A stretch of DNA of 64,000 nt from an uncultured delta proteobacterium (GTDB taxonomy: Bacteria; Myxococcota_A; Polyangia; Fen-1088), in NCBI GenBank assembly GCA_963824555.1, contig CAWGPW010000007.1, forward strand, positions 26,186 through 90,185. Direction: 5' to 3'. Under the pieces are notes generated by a model that saw only the letters and a program-made list of their open reading frames with translations, ran no database searches and was not told the origin of the DNA. Positions 1-8,419 of this stretch are shown here, piece by piece. The position numbers and the translations under genes were made by a program. Every line of letters starts with the position of its first letter. Positions within the stretch are counted from its first letter, which is position 1.

Positions 1-369
1 GGACATGCTCCGAAGCTCGCGTAGAAGGTCCATACCCGGCAGATCGCGCAGCCCCATTTCCGAGATGACCACATCCACCAGCCCCGACTGGACCAACGCA
101 AGTCCATCCCGTCCGCGCGTAGCCAATGCCACGGCCGCGCCGGATTGACGAAACTCTTCCAGCAGCCAGTCGCCCAAGTCCGCGTCGTCCGCAAGGACAA
201 GAATGCGCCGCCCACACGGGTGGCGAGCCGCCCGGGCACGAGGCCGGAGCGATTCTTCCCCCGCACCGGTGCCCGCCGAGCTCGCCAGCCAAACCCCGGG
301 CGGCCGCACCCCGGGAAGGGAAACCTGATGTTCCACGCCCATGAACTTGTCTTGTTCTCCACCTGTCAT
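1..369 (-). CDS. Response-regulator receiver-domain protein, N-terminal part (gene runs off the window start)
   Basis: Hand translation of the minus strand from ATG 369..367 gives MTGGEQDKFMGVEHQ...GRRILVLADDADLGDWLLEEFRQSGAAVALATRGRDGLALVQSGLVDVVISEMGLRDLPGMDLLRELRSMS. This is a CheY-like receiver pattern (DD pair, PG.DLL). It is not in the ORF track because it stays open to the window edge. Confidence 0.7.
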   Translation of the reverse strand, partial: MTGGEQDKFMGVEHQVSLPGVRPPGVWLASSAGTGAGEESLRPRARAARHPCGRRILVLADDADLGDWLLEEFRQSGAAVALATRGRDGLALVQSGLVDVVISEMGLRDLPGMDLLRELRSMS

Positions 370-399
370 GACTTCCTCTTTTGCATCCCGTCGATCGGA

Positions 400-435
400 T
401 AGGCGAGAGGGTTCATGATGCGTTCCTCTCGCCTA
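400..435. promoter_or_regulatory. Perfect 11-bp inverted repeat (hairpin or operator candidate) just upstream of the response-regulator start
   Basis: TAGGCGAGAGG (400-410), 14-nt spacer, CCTCTCGCCTA (425-435). No U/T tract follows on either strand, so the function is unclear. Confidence 0.3.
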
Positions 436-552
436 CCCGATCTCCTCCGCCCGCCCCCACCCATAAGCGAGGCTAGGACCCTATTGCCAGTCCCGGTGCG
501 ATCGACATCTACGCGTGTCTCGGCTCTCTCGTCCACCGGGAGAACGGCCGTA

Positions 553-1026
553 TTAGTAGCGCAGCCCCAAGGCTTTGCCATAGGGACGAGTCTGTATTTT
601 TTCGGCGAGCAACCGGGCATCGCGGATGTTGGCGACGCGTGCGGGGTTCTCTAGAAGCAATCGAAGTACATCAGCCGCAGGCAGCCATCGGTAGCTCTCC
701 AAGACCGTGGCCGTCCGCCTGCGAGCTGGTATCTTGGGGTCATGTCGCTGCATGGTCGCGTTCAAGGTGGCCGAATCATCATTCAGGAACTTGTCAATCT
801 CCCGGAGGGGACCGAGGTTCGCCTCGAGATTATCGAGCAGGAGGACGACCGCGATGGACTCGACGACAAGGATCGGGCTCGCCTCGAAGCCGCGATGGAC
901 GAAGACTGATAGGAGACTCAGGTACGAACCTGCCCGCTGTAGAGTTGGCCCATGGATTACTCCCATCGCCATTCTTCCTGCCTCGCGCGTTACAATCGCA
1001 GCGCCAACGAGCAACTGCTCGGCCAT
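553..1026 (-). CDS. Hypothetical protein, family not recognised, in a visibly lower-GC patch
   Basis: 157-aa ORF from the track (…LREIDKFLNDDSATLNATMQRHDPK…VLRLLLENPARVANIRDARLLAEK…). Its first ~25 codons are antisense to the DinB remnant, so the real start may be the internal MAMGVIHG. The call is weak. Confidence 0.3.
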   Translation of the reverse strand: MAEQLLVGAAIVTREAGRMAMGVIHGPTLQRAGSYLSLLSVFVHRGFEASPILVVESIAVVLLLDNLEANLGPLREIDKFLNDDSATLNATMQRHDPKIPARRRTATVLESYRWLPAADVLRLLLENPARVANIRDARLLAEKIQTRPYGKALGLRY

Positions 1027-1207
1027 CTGGCAGCCTAACGACTTGCGCGGCCATCCCAGGCGCTACTACGTTGGGGACGCTCTCGACCACATGTTCAACC
1101 ACCACACGCACCACCGCGGCCAAGTCTCGCAAATCCTCGACGAGATGGGCGTTGCCCGCGATTTCTCGAACCTCATCAGCGTGGCGAAGATCCCGGCGGG
1201 AGCGTAG
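952..1207 (+). pseudogene. DinB-family (DinB/YfiT-like metalloenzyme) remnant, internally deleted and frameshifted
   Basis: ATG 952 opens MDYSHRHSSCLARYNRSANEQLLGHLAA*, the DinB helix-1 pattern Y-N-x-x-A-N. After a +1 shift near 1036 it reads NDLRGHPRRYYVGDALDHMFNHHTHHRGQVSQILDEMGV…*, which carries the HxxxHHRGQ motif. That is only ~85 codons against ~150-170 in intact family members. Confidence 0.55.
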
Positions 1208-1298
1208 CGAATCAGAAAAGCTTGGACGCCCGCGCCAGCCGTGGTGCGGCCAGAAGTTCAGGGAATTCCGGAACCTGACGAAGCCGTGTTGAAGCTGC

Positions 1299-2589
1299 AT
1301 GTTCCGCCTCCCAACAGGTCACCCAGAGCTCGTCTTGGGTCTTCTCGTCATCGTGGGCGGCTGCTCGGTAGACCTCAGCAAGTTGCGCGTCAAGAAAGGG
1401 CTTGATTCGGGTAGCGCATCGGAGGTTGCTCCGTACTTCGGCGATATGTTTATCCAGGATGCACAGGACGATTCTGGTCTCGACCGCGGCGGTCGACGCC
1501 TGGACAGACGCCAATGTGAACTCCGACAGCGTGCCGGTCCCCACGCAGGACGGTCGGAGCGAAGGCGATGTGACTTCTTCGGTTGGGGGAGACGTCGGTG
1601 GAGGAGGTGGCGGAGCGGGAGGAGGAGGTGGTGGTGCGGCCGATATGGGGGGAGCCGGAGGAAGAGGCGATGCTCTGGGCTTTGATGCCGGAATTTGGGT
1701 ACTGGCCGACGCTCCCCCAAGTTCGGAAGCCGACGCCCGCGACGTCGGCGACGTCTCTAGCGCCGAAATGGGCGCGGACACTCTTGGCCATGACGATGCC
1801 AGTGGCAAGGACGACGTGGCTGGCGGAACCGATAGCCTTGACCTCACTGCGGGGACCGATGGACTGTTGCCCGGCACCGGCGGATTGACGGGCACGGGCG
1901 GAGCGACGGGCACGGGCGGTGTAACGGGCACGGGCGGAGTGACCGGTACGGGCGGAGTAACGGGCACGGGTGGGACAACAGGCTCGGGCGGAATCGCTGG
2001 CTGCGGCGCCACCCAATCGACCTTTTCGCAGACCTACTCGTTCGCAACCGGACTTGGCGCCCTGACACTCAACCGCGATGTAATGCCGGGCGCCCAACTA
2101 ACATTCGTGACCGCTGGTCCCACCTCCAATCCAGCCCTCTGCTCGGCAAGCGCAGGCTGTGCGGCCTTGTCCGTGCCCTACGCCACTGGAACATCTGTGT
2201 CGGCCGGGTGGGCTACCGCCTATGAGACCTTCTCGCCAAGGGCAAGTCTGCTTGGAGCAACGGTCACCCTCAGCATTGCCGTCGACAATCCTGGCACCAA
2301 AGTGCCGATCCAGATTCAAGCCTTCGCCCTGGGAGATCAAAGCACGAACTACAGTGCGACAACGCCCACAACCGCGAGTGGGTCTGGTTTGACCGCTTAT
2401 GCGCCGATCAACGGGTTCAACGACATCAGTTTGGTGATTACGGATCATATAGGCTCGCCGGGCACCTTTTGCGCCTCGGCCACGGCCTTCATCGGGCTGG
2501 AAGTCCAGAGCACGACAGCAATCACCAGTGCGAATCCTGGCATGGTGACCGTGTACATTCGTCGCATCACCGTCACGCCACCGCCCTAG
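1299..2589 (+). CDS. Secreted (lipo)protein with an acidic/Gly-rich tether and a C-terminal beta-rich domain of unknown family; 5' end possibly frameshifted
   Basis: ORF 1402..2589 has (GGxTGTGG)n repeats followed by a ~200-aa domain ending …MVTVYIRRITVTPPP. There is no signal peptide in that frame. ORF 1299..1685 starts MFRLPTGHPELVLGLLVIVGGCSVD (lipobox-like) and would join at ~1485 if one C were removed. The 3' two-thirds is confident; the 5' end is speculative. Confidence 0.6.
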
Positions 2590-2634
2590 CTCTGGCCTAA
2601 AGTTCTGGCACAACACTTGCAGTTCGAGTCCCAC

Positions 2635-3171
2635 ATGAAGGTGCGCCTCACGTTTGTCACTTGGTCCGTGCTCTTTGCCGTTGTCGCCCCATCACGCGCC
2701 GAAGAGCCCATGCCTGCACCTGTCGCCGTATCGGAGCCGACCTCGCCGCCTTCCGACCGGCATTTCGTGGAAATAGAAGTAGGGAGTACGTCGCCCATGG
2801 CCTTGGTCTACCGTTATCGGCTCTTCCACCCCCTCTTCGTGGAAGTGGGCGGATTCGGCGCTCCCGAAGCTCTTGCGATATTCACTGGCGGGATCATCGT
2901 GGCGCTCCACCAATCAGACCGGCTGATGGTCTATAGCGGTGTGGGTGCCAGCGCTTGTTTGGTCGGTGATACATCGCTCTACTTCTTGTATGGCCGAGTC
3001 GGGTTGGGCGTGAAGCTAGGGACCAGCCGACGACAGATGCTTTCGGCCGACATCGGTGTGTGGTCGGGATTGCATCGCAAATACGACCACGAAACCGGCG
3101 CGACAACGACCGACGAACGCTTCACCATCCCGATGGCCGGCCTTTCCTACGGCGTCGGCTTTGGTCTCTAG
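2635..3171 (+). CDS. Small secreted protein, probable outer-membrane beta-barrel
   Basis: MKVRLTFVTWSVLFAVVAPSRAEE is a signal peptide. It is followed by alternating hydrophobic strands (…LYFLYGRVGLGVKLG…IPMAGLSYGVGFGL*). Confidence 0.7.
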   Translation: MKVRLTFVTWSVLFAVVAPSRAEEPMPAPVAVSEPTSPPSDRHFVEIEVGSTSPMALVYRYRLFHPLFVEVGGFGAPEALAIFTGGIIVALHQSDRLMVYSGVGASACLVGDTSLYFLYGRVGLGVKLGTSRRQMLSADIGVWSGLHRKYDHETGATTTDERFTIPMAGLSYGVGFGL

Positions 3172-3591
3172 GAAATCAGGCAACTATCGTATTCGACGTC
3201 TTCGCCATCGCCTCGCACTATCACCCAGGCTTCGTGCGAGCCTGGTGTTCGACGCGAGACCCTGGCTACCCACTGTCGCGTCCGCGACTGTCGCCATGAC
3301 AACAAACCGGGGTGCGCGGTGAAGGAAGCCATCCGCACCGGCGATGCGCCTGAGGATCTCCGCTTCGAACATGTGGGCCATACGTGAGCCGGTGCGCGCC
3401 ACGGGACCTGTTCCACCTTCCGAGCCGCCAGCAAGGAGGCCGTCACCCGTTGGGCCGAAGCGACGCGGGGAGGCGCTAAGCGCCTTGACGGCCACCGGAG
3501 CGGCAGCTCGGCGGCCACGCCATCGCTTGGCAATCACCCGAACGCGAGATGAACCAGCGAGAGCGTGTCTGCTCGACTTGATGGGATTTGT

Positions 3592-6500
3592 CTAGTTGCC
3601 GCCGAAGCCCGTCGCCGAATTAGCATTCAAATAGATCTGGTCCATGGCGCCGCCTCCAGAGCTGGTGGCGAAGCATTGTATGTCGATACTGTGCGCCCCG
3701 GTACCAGCCGTGGCAGTCTGTGGAGGGTCATCCGCCCAGGATGTGGACTCCGTCGGGCCGAGATTGAACCAATCGGGTCCAACGCCATCCCCCGAGCAGT
3801 TGGTGCCAGTATAGAACGACCCGATACATCCCACGTTGCCCTTGCCCTTCATTCCAAGGTAATACGTAGTACCCTCTATCGCAGACTTGAAACAGTATTG
3901 GACGCCCCCGCCGGCGGCGAAGGAAACCGATCCGGACGTGGAGCAGCCATCGGCGTCATCGCTGCCATTCCAACTCACTCCTGTCCCACCGCTAGTGGTG
4001 GTCCAATTGCCAAGGTTGGCGCTGCTGTTGAATCCGCCACCGGGTATCAAGTTCAGGCTTGACTGTTGGGTACAGCACTTGCCGTTCGTGCAGGACTGGC
4101 CGATCCCGGTGTTGCAGGCCTGGCCGCAGCCCCCACAGTTGGCGGAGTCACTGCTGGTGTTCGTACAGGTCCCGCTGCACAGGGTTCCCGAGCAGCTGCA
4201 GTTGCCACTACCTGAGCATGTCTGATTTGTCCCGCAGCCCGTCGTGCCGCCCCATGTGTAGCTGTTTGTACATTGCTGGTATTGTGTTGTGTTTGCGCAC
4301 TGTTTTGTGCCGGGAGTGCAAACGGCGCCACACTGTCCAATAGTGATGGTCCCGTTAACCCATACTCCAGCTACGCATGATTGCGGCGTGGTTCCCGAGC
4401 ACTGTGCCGCGCCAGGAGTGCAAACGGCACCGCACTGTCCCGCGGTGATGGTCCCATTAACCCACGTCCCTTGACTGCCGCACGTTTGCGGCGTGGTTCC
4501 CGAGCACTGTGTCGCGCCAGGAGCACAGACACCCGTGCATACTCCGGTTGTAGCTACACACGTCTGATTGGTGCACGCGACGGAGCTCCCCCATGATCCG
4601 GTGGAGCTGCACGTTTGATAGGCGTTGCCCGGCGCGCACTGGGTTGTTCCTGGAACGCAGCTGCCTCCGCACGCCCCTCCGCTACACACGTACGGACACA
4701 CCGTGCCTGACGTTGGCCACTTTCCCGTCAAATCGCAGATCAGCACGGTGTTGCCGCTGCAGGTCTTGTCCGTGTTCGGAGTGCAAACAGCACTGCACTG
4801 CCCCGGGGTGATGGTTCCATTGATCCACGTCCCTTGACTGTTGCACGTTTGCGGTGTGGTTCCCGAACACTGCGTGGCGCCGGGGGTGCAAACGCCCGTG
4901 CATGCCCCGCCTACACACGCCTGGTTGGTGCATGCGGCGGGGTTACCCCATGTTCCGGAGGAGCTGCACGTCTGAACGCCGTTGCTCGAGCACTGTATGG
5001 CGCCAGGGGTGCATAGGCCGGTGCATGTCCCGTTCACGCACGCCTGGTTGGTACACCCGGCGGGTGTTCCCCATGTTCCGGAGGAGCTGCACGTCTCAAT
5101 GCCATTGTTCGAGCACTGTGTGTTGCCGGGAACGCAGAGGCCGGTGCATGTCCCGTTCACACACGCAGAGTTCGTGCACGCGACGGGTGTCCCCCATGTT
5201 CCGGAGGAGCTGCACGTCTGAACACCGTTGCCCGAGCAAAGCGTGCTCCCCGCGATGCAGACGCCCGCACACGCTCCTGACACGCACGTGGCCGTGCCGC
5301 AGGACGAAGCGGCGCCCCACGTGCCGGTCGCATCGCAGGTCTGCACGCTGTTGCCGGAGCACTTTACATCGCCCGGCGCACAGGCTCCACTGCATGTTCC
5401 GCCGACGCAAGCCTGGCCCGCACAAGCCTTCGCCGTCCCCCACGCGCCGCTCTGGTCGCAGGTCTGCACGCCGTTGCCGGAGCACTTCACATCGCCTGGC
5501 GCACAGGCTCCGCCGCATGTTCCGGCGACGCAAGTCTGGCTCGTACAAGCCTTCGCCGTCCCCCACGCGCCGGTCTGGTCGCAGGTCTGCACGCCGTTGC
5601 CGGAGCATTGGGTGTCGCCCGGCGCGCAGACTCCCACGCACGCCCCGCTGACACACGCCTGTGCTGAACAGGCATTCGCAGGCCCCCAGGTTCCCTTTGC
5701 GTCGCAGATCTGGACGGCACTACCCGAGCACTGAGTCGCCGCTGGCGCACACGTTCCGGTGCACGCGCCATTCGCACAGGCGCGGCCGGTGCAGTCGCTG
5801 GCAGGACCCCAAGCTCCGGTTGCGTCGCAGGTTTGTACGCCGTTGCTGGAGCATTGGGTACTGCCTGGCGTACAAGTGCCAGTGCACGCGCCGTTGACAC
5901 AGGCTTGGTTGGTGCACGCCTTCGACGTTCCCCAGGTTCCGTCAGAAGCACACGATTGGACACCGTTGCCTGAGCACTGGGTCTGGCCCGACGCGCAGCT
6001 GCCCGTACACGCGCCGTTCTTGCAAGTGGCGTTGCTGCCACACGGGTTGGCCGTGCTCCACGCACCGTTGGGGGTGCAAGTCTGGACCCCGTTGTCGGCG
6101 GAGCACTGAGTGCTGCCGGGTGAGCACGCACCGGCGCACGAGCCGTTCACGCAGGCTTGATTCGTGCAAGCGGAGACCGTTCCCCAGGTTCCGTCCTGGC
6201 CGCACGTCTGAACGCCAGCGGCATCCGCGGAACACTGAGTGCTGCCCGGTGAGCACGCACCAGCGCACGCACCATCGATACAGGCCTGATTGCCGCAGGA
6301 GAGGACCGGCCCCCAGTTTCCCTTCGAATCACATGTCTGCACGCCGTTGGTCGTTGAGCATTGTGTCGTTCCGGGGGTACAGACGCCGGAAGTGGTGCCG
6401 CCGTCCCCGGTCGACGTCGAGCCGCCAGCGGCGTCTGAACCAATGAGTGCGCCGTCCGGAGAGCTGCCACCGCTCGTTTCGCCACCTGCCGCTGCTGCCC

Positions 6501-6759
6501 CGTCCGATCCGCCTGCTCCGCCTTTGCCACCCTGTCCTGACGATAGAGGTACGTCGGCGCCGCTGTCGGCGTACCCTTGGACGCAGGTGCCGGTGGTCGT
6601 GTTGCAGGTGGAACCGCTCGGACAGGTCGAGCTGCTGTTGCACTTGACCTTCGAGACATCCAGGGTCCGAAAGCAAGCCGCGGTGTTCAGACAAAAAGCA
6701 ACGACCACCCACAAGCCGACGCCTCGGCGAAGCACTTGCGAGACAAACGCCGTTTTCAT
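3592..6759 (-). CDS. Large secreted Cys-rich tandem-repeat protein with a C-terminal CBM4/9-like domain
   Basis: An AGGAGG RBS precedes ATG 6759, and the protein starts MKTAFVSQVLRRGVGLWVVVAFCLNTAAC. After a Gly-rich tether come ~18 repeats of ~41 aa with the pattern C.PG.TQCSGNGVQTC...G.WG....C..QAC.NG.C.G.. The C-terminus reads LIPGGGFNS…NWTT…, like a carbohydrate-binding beta-sandwich. Confidence 0.9.
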   Translation of the reverse strand: MKTAFVSQVLRRGVGLWVVVAFCLNTAACFRTLDVSKVKCNSSSTCPSGSTCNTTTGTCVQGYADSGADVPLSSGQGGKGGAGGSDGAAAAGGETSGGSSPDGALIGSDAAGGSTSTGDGGTTSGVCTPGTTQCSTTNGVQTCDSKGNWGPVLSCGNQACIDGACAGACSPGSTQCSADAAGVQTCGQDGTWGTVSACTNQACVNGSCAGACSPGSTQCSADNGVQTCTPNGAWSTANPCGSNATCKNGACTGSCASGQTQCSGNGVQSCASDGTWGTSKACTNQACVNGACTGTCTPGSTQCSSNGVQTCDATGAWGPASDCTGRACANGACTGTCAPAATQCSGSAVQICDAKGTWGPANACSAQACVSGACVGVCAPGDTQCSGNGVQTCDQTGAWGTAKACTSQTCVAGTCGGACAPGDVKCSGNGVQTCDQSGAWGTAKACAGQACVGGTCSGACAPGDVKCSGNSVQTCDATGTWGAASSCGTATCVSGACAGVCIAGSTLCSGNGVQTCSSSGTWGTPVACTNSACVNGTCTGLCVPGNTQCSNNGIETCSSSGTWGTPAGCTNQACVNGTCTGLCTPGAIQCSSNGVQTCSSSGTWGNPAACTNQACVGGACTGVCTPGATQCSGTTPQTCNSQGTWINGTITPGQCSAVCTPNTDKTCSGNTVLICDLTGKWPTSGTVCPYVCSGGACGGSCVPGTTQCAPGNAYQTCSSTGSWGSSVACTNQTCVATTGVCTGVCAPGATQCSGTTPQTCGSQGTWVNGTITAGQCGAVCTPGAAQCSGTTPQSCVAGVWVNGTITIGQCGAVCTPGTKQCANTTQYQQCTNSYTWGGTTGCGTNQTCSGSGNCSCSGTLCSGTCTNTSSDSANCGGCGQACNTGIGQSCTNGKCCTQQSSLNLIPGGGFNSSANLGNWTTTSGGTGVSWNGSDDADGCSTSGSVSFAAGGGVQYCFKSAIEGTTYYLGMKGKGNVGCIGSFYTGTNCSGDGVGPDWFNLGPTESTSWADDPPQTATAGTGAHSIDIQCFATSSGGGAMDQIYLNANSATGFGGN

Positions 6760-7604
6760 CAGAATCCTCCTGTCAACACGGCGCCCGCTTGGCCAGGGCC
6801 AAAGGCAGGCAAGATAGCAACGTTCGTCGACGAGCTTGCGCCGGCCTTCAGTCCAAAACCGAATAGAATTGCGCCAGTAGCTATGCAGGCCGCGCCTACA
6901 CCGTACCCTACCCAAGCCATGGTTCTATAGGTCTTGCTCTCGGAGTCCTTGGCTGCGGAGTAGCTGACGCTGGTCTCCCATTGATTGATGATGCTATTGC
7001 TCATGAGGTTGAAAACCACCCCAGCGGCCACCGCCGCGACGCCGACGGATGCCGTGACGATGCCAGCGACTCGCAGACCCGACCCGCCATGGGTGGGCGC
7101 GGGCTGCGCCTCGGGTTGCGCGGCAATCGAGGTGGACGGCTCCGGAATCGAGGTGGGCTCCGGAGGTGCAGCGGGCGGAGGCGGAGGCGGAATAAACGGC
7201 TGGGGCGCCGACGCTTGGGACTTGCTCGATTGGTCGGGGGGCAGCCGATCCTTGCAATCCGAGATGTGCTTTTCGGCCGAGGCTCGGTCCGCCGCATCCA
7301 GCTTTGCGTCGGGCACGCGCAAGTATTCCTCGAACCTGGAGATGGCGTCCTCGTACCGATGGTTCTGTTCGAAACAGCGGCCCTGATTGAAAATGTACGT
7401 GGGGTCCTTAGTATCGATGAACAGATCCGCCAGAATGTTGACACCTTTGTTGTAGTCGCCGCCAAGGCACGCCTTTCGGGCAGCGCGCTCCTGGGTGTGC
7501 TTGTTCGCCGCGAGAGCGGGCGTGGTCGCAAGTGCCACGAGAACGAAAGCGGCCGAAGGCACGCAAAGAAAAGGGCTGGCTAAGCGTTCAATAGGTTGGC
7601 TCAT
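6759..7604 (-). CDS. Secreted/membrane protein: TPR-like N-domain, Pro-rich spacer, two C-terminal TM segments
   Basis: Starts MSQPIERLASPFLCVPSAAFVLVALATTPALA (signal peptide). Then …RYEDAISRFEEYLRVPDAKL…, PPPPPPAAPPEP and GIVTASVGVAAVAAGVVF / WVGYGVGAACIATGAILFGFG. Its stop TGA overlaps the downstream start in an ATGA at 6759. Confidence 0.8.
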   Translation of the reverse strand: MSQPIERLASPFLCVPSAAFVLVALATTPALAANKHTQERAARKACLGGDYNKGVNILADLFIDTKDPTYIFNQGRCFEQNHRYEDAISRFEEYLRVPDAKLDAADRASAEKHISDCKDRLPPDQSSKSQASAPQPFIPPPPPPAAPPEPTSIPEPSTSIAAQPEAQPAPTHGGSGLRVAGIVTASVGVAAVAAGVVFNLMSNSIINQWETSVSYSAAKDSESKTYRTMAWVGYGVGAACIATGAILFGFGLKAGASSSTNVAILPAFGPGQAGAVLTGGF

Positions 7605-7690
7605 AGCGGCGAATCTTGGCCAGATCGATGGACGATTGCAAGCACTTCTTGGGAGCATAGTGGTTTCAAGCACCATTCCTTCTTGACCAG

Positions 7691-7722
7691 ACAGCCTCTG
7701 GAAAACACAGCCTCTGGAAAAC
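7691..7722. repeat. Tandem 16-bp direct repeat (ACAGCCTCTGGAAAAC x2) ~90-120 bp upstream of gene 6759..7604
   Basis: Exact duplication read directly at 7691-7706 and 7707-7722. Confidence 0.6.
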
Positions 7723-7890
7723 GCCGATAACGCCTGATCTGTCAACGACGCCGCGTCGCGCTCTTACTGTCCCCTCTACCACGCCCGTTGGTGACTCCAC
7801 CGCCACCAATCGAGAGCACGCCAGCCGAGAGCCCCGTCGCCATAGAACCGCAAAACGCTGCATCGTCGCCACCAACTCCCCTGTCGATAG

Positions 7891-8105
7891 ATCTTCGGTC
7901 TACAAGTCGACAAGTGCGCTGAGTGCGGGGGCACGTGAAACTGCGCGCCCTGGTGCGCGACCCCGAGAGCATCGAGCGCTTCTTGCGCCACGAGGGCCTG
8001 TGGTCCGAACCGCGAGATCCTGCCCGCGCCCGCGCCCCGCCAAACCGCGGCCCCATGCCCCGTCTTGCCCCCTGCAGCCAACAGGATTTCGGCTTCGACA
8101 CGTGA
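7891..8105 (+). mobile_element. IS91-family transposase C-terminal remnant (truncated, frameshifted)
   Basis: IFGLQVDKCAECGG then, after a frame change in the G5 run at 7927-7931, HVKLRALVRDPESIERFLRHEGLWSEP…APPNRGP…*. This matches the C-terminal CxxCGG…(R/K)L.A.I.DP.SI.R.L.H.G pattern of IS91-type transposases. A stop lies immediately upstream and no N-terminal part is present. Confidence 0.55.
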
Positions 8106-8419
8106 GCCCCGGCCCGGTCTCATCTGACTCAGTCCAACGCCAACCCCTGCTCGTCGTCCACAACTGTAGTCGCGCCCACGAGGAAACCGCAGTTCAGAAG
8201 ACCTCCCAGCCAACCGACCCGCCGGTTCAACGCTTGCCGCCCGCCGGAAATCACCAGCGTCACCCATGCCCATTGCGGCCGGAAAGTCGATCGTTTCAAT
8301 TACGGCCCAGAACACTACGTGTGCGGCGCCGCCACCCGCGAAAGCCAGGCCAGGCGTGCTCAAAGCCGTCGCCGAGAGCGACGACGCAAGCGACGCCTGG
8401 ATAAGAAGAAGGCGCGAGA

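Noticed and set aside
1212-2012. 266-aa minus-strand Pro-rich ORF (PPVPVTPPVPV…)
   Set aside because: It is the antisense reading of the Gly-rich tether (GGTGTGG repeats) of the plus-strand gene. Only its last ~90 codons (1212-~1480) lie outside the tether, and they remain of doubtful reality.
3168-3537. Two overlapping minus-strand ORFs (117 and 121 aa) in the gap before the Cys-repeat gene. Fragments such as MAHMFEAEILRRIAGADGFLH and HEAWVIVRGDGEDVEYDS look protein-like.
   Set aside because: I could not assign a family or a convincing single reading frame. This may be another frameshifted small gene, but I cannot support a call from sequence alone.
3592-6915. N-terminal extensions of several track ORFs: 3592..6915, 6759..7745, 8420..10789, 17198..19735, 28959..30557, 43160..45760, 53273..54775, 10252..11586 and 33959..35671
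   Set aside because: In each case an internal start with an RBS-like purine tract and a signal peptide or family-typical N-terminus is far more plausible. The upstream extension is low-complexity or overlaps a neighbouring gene.
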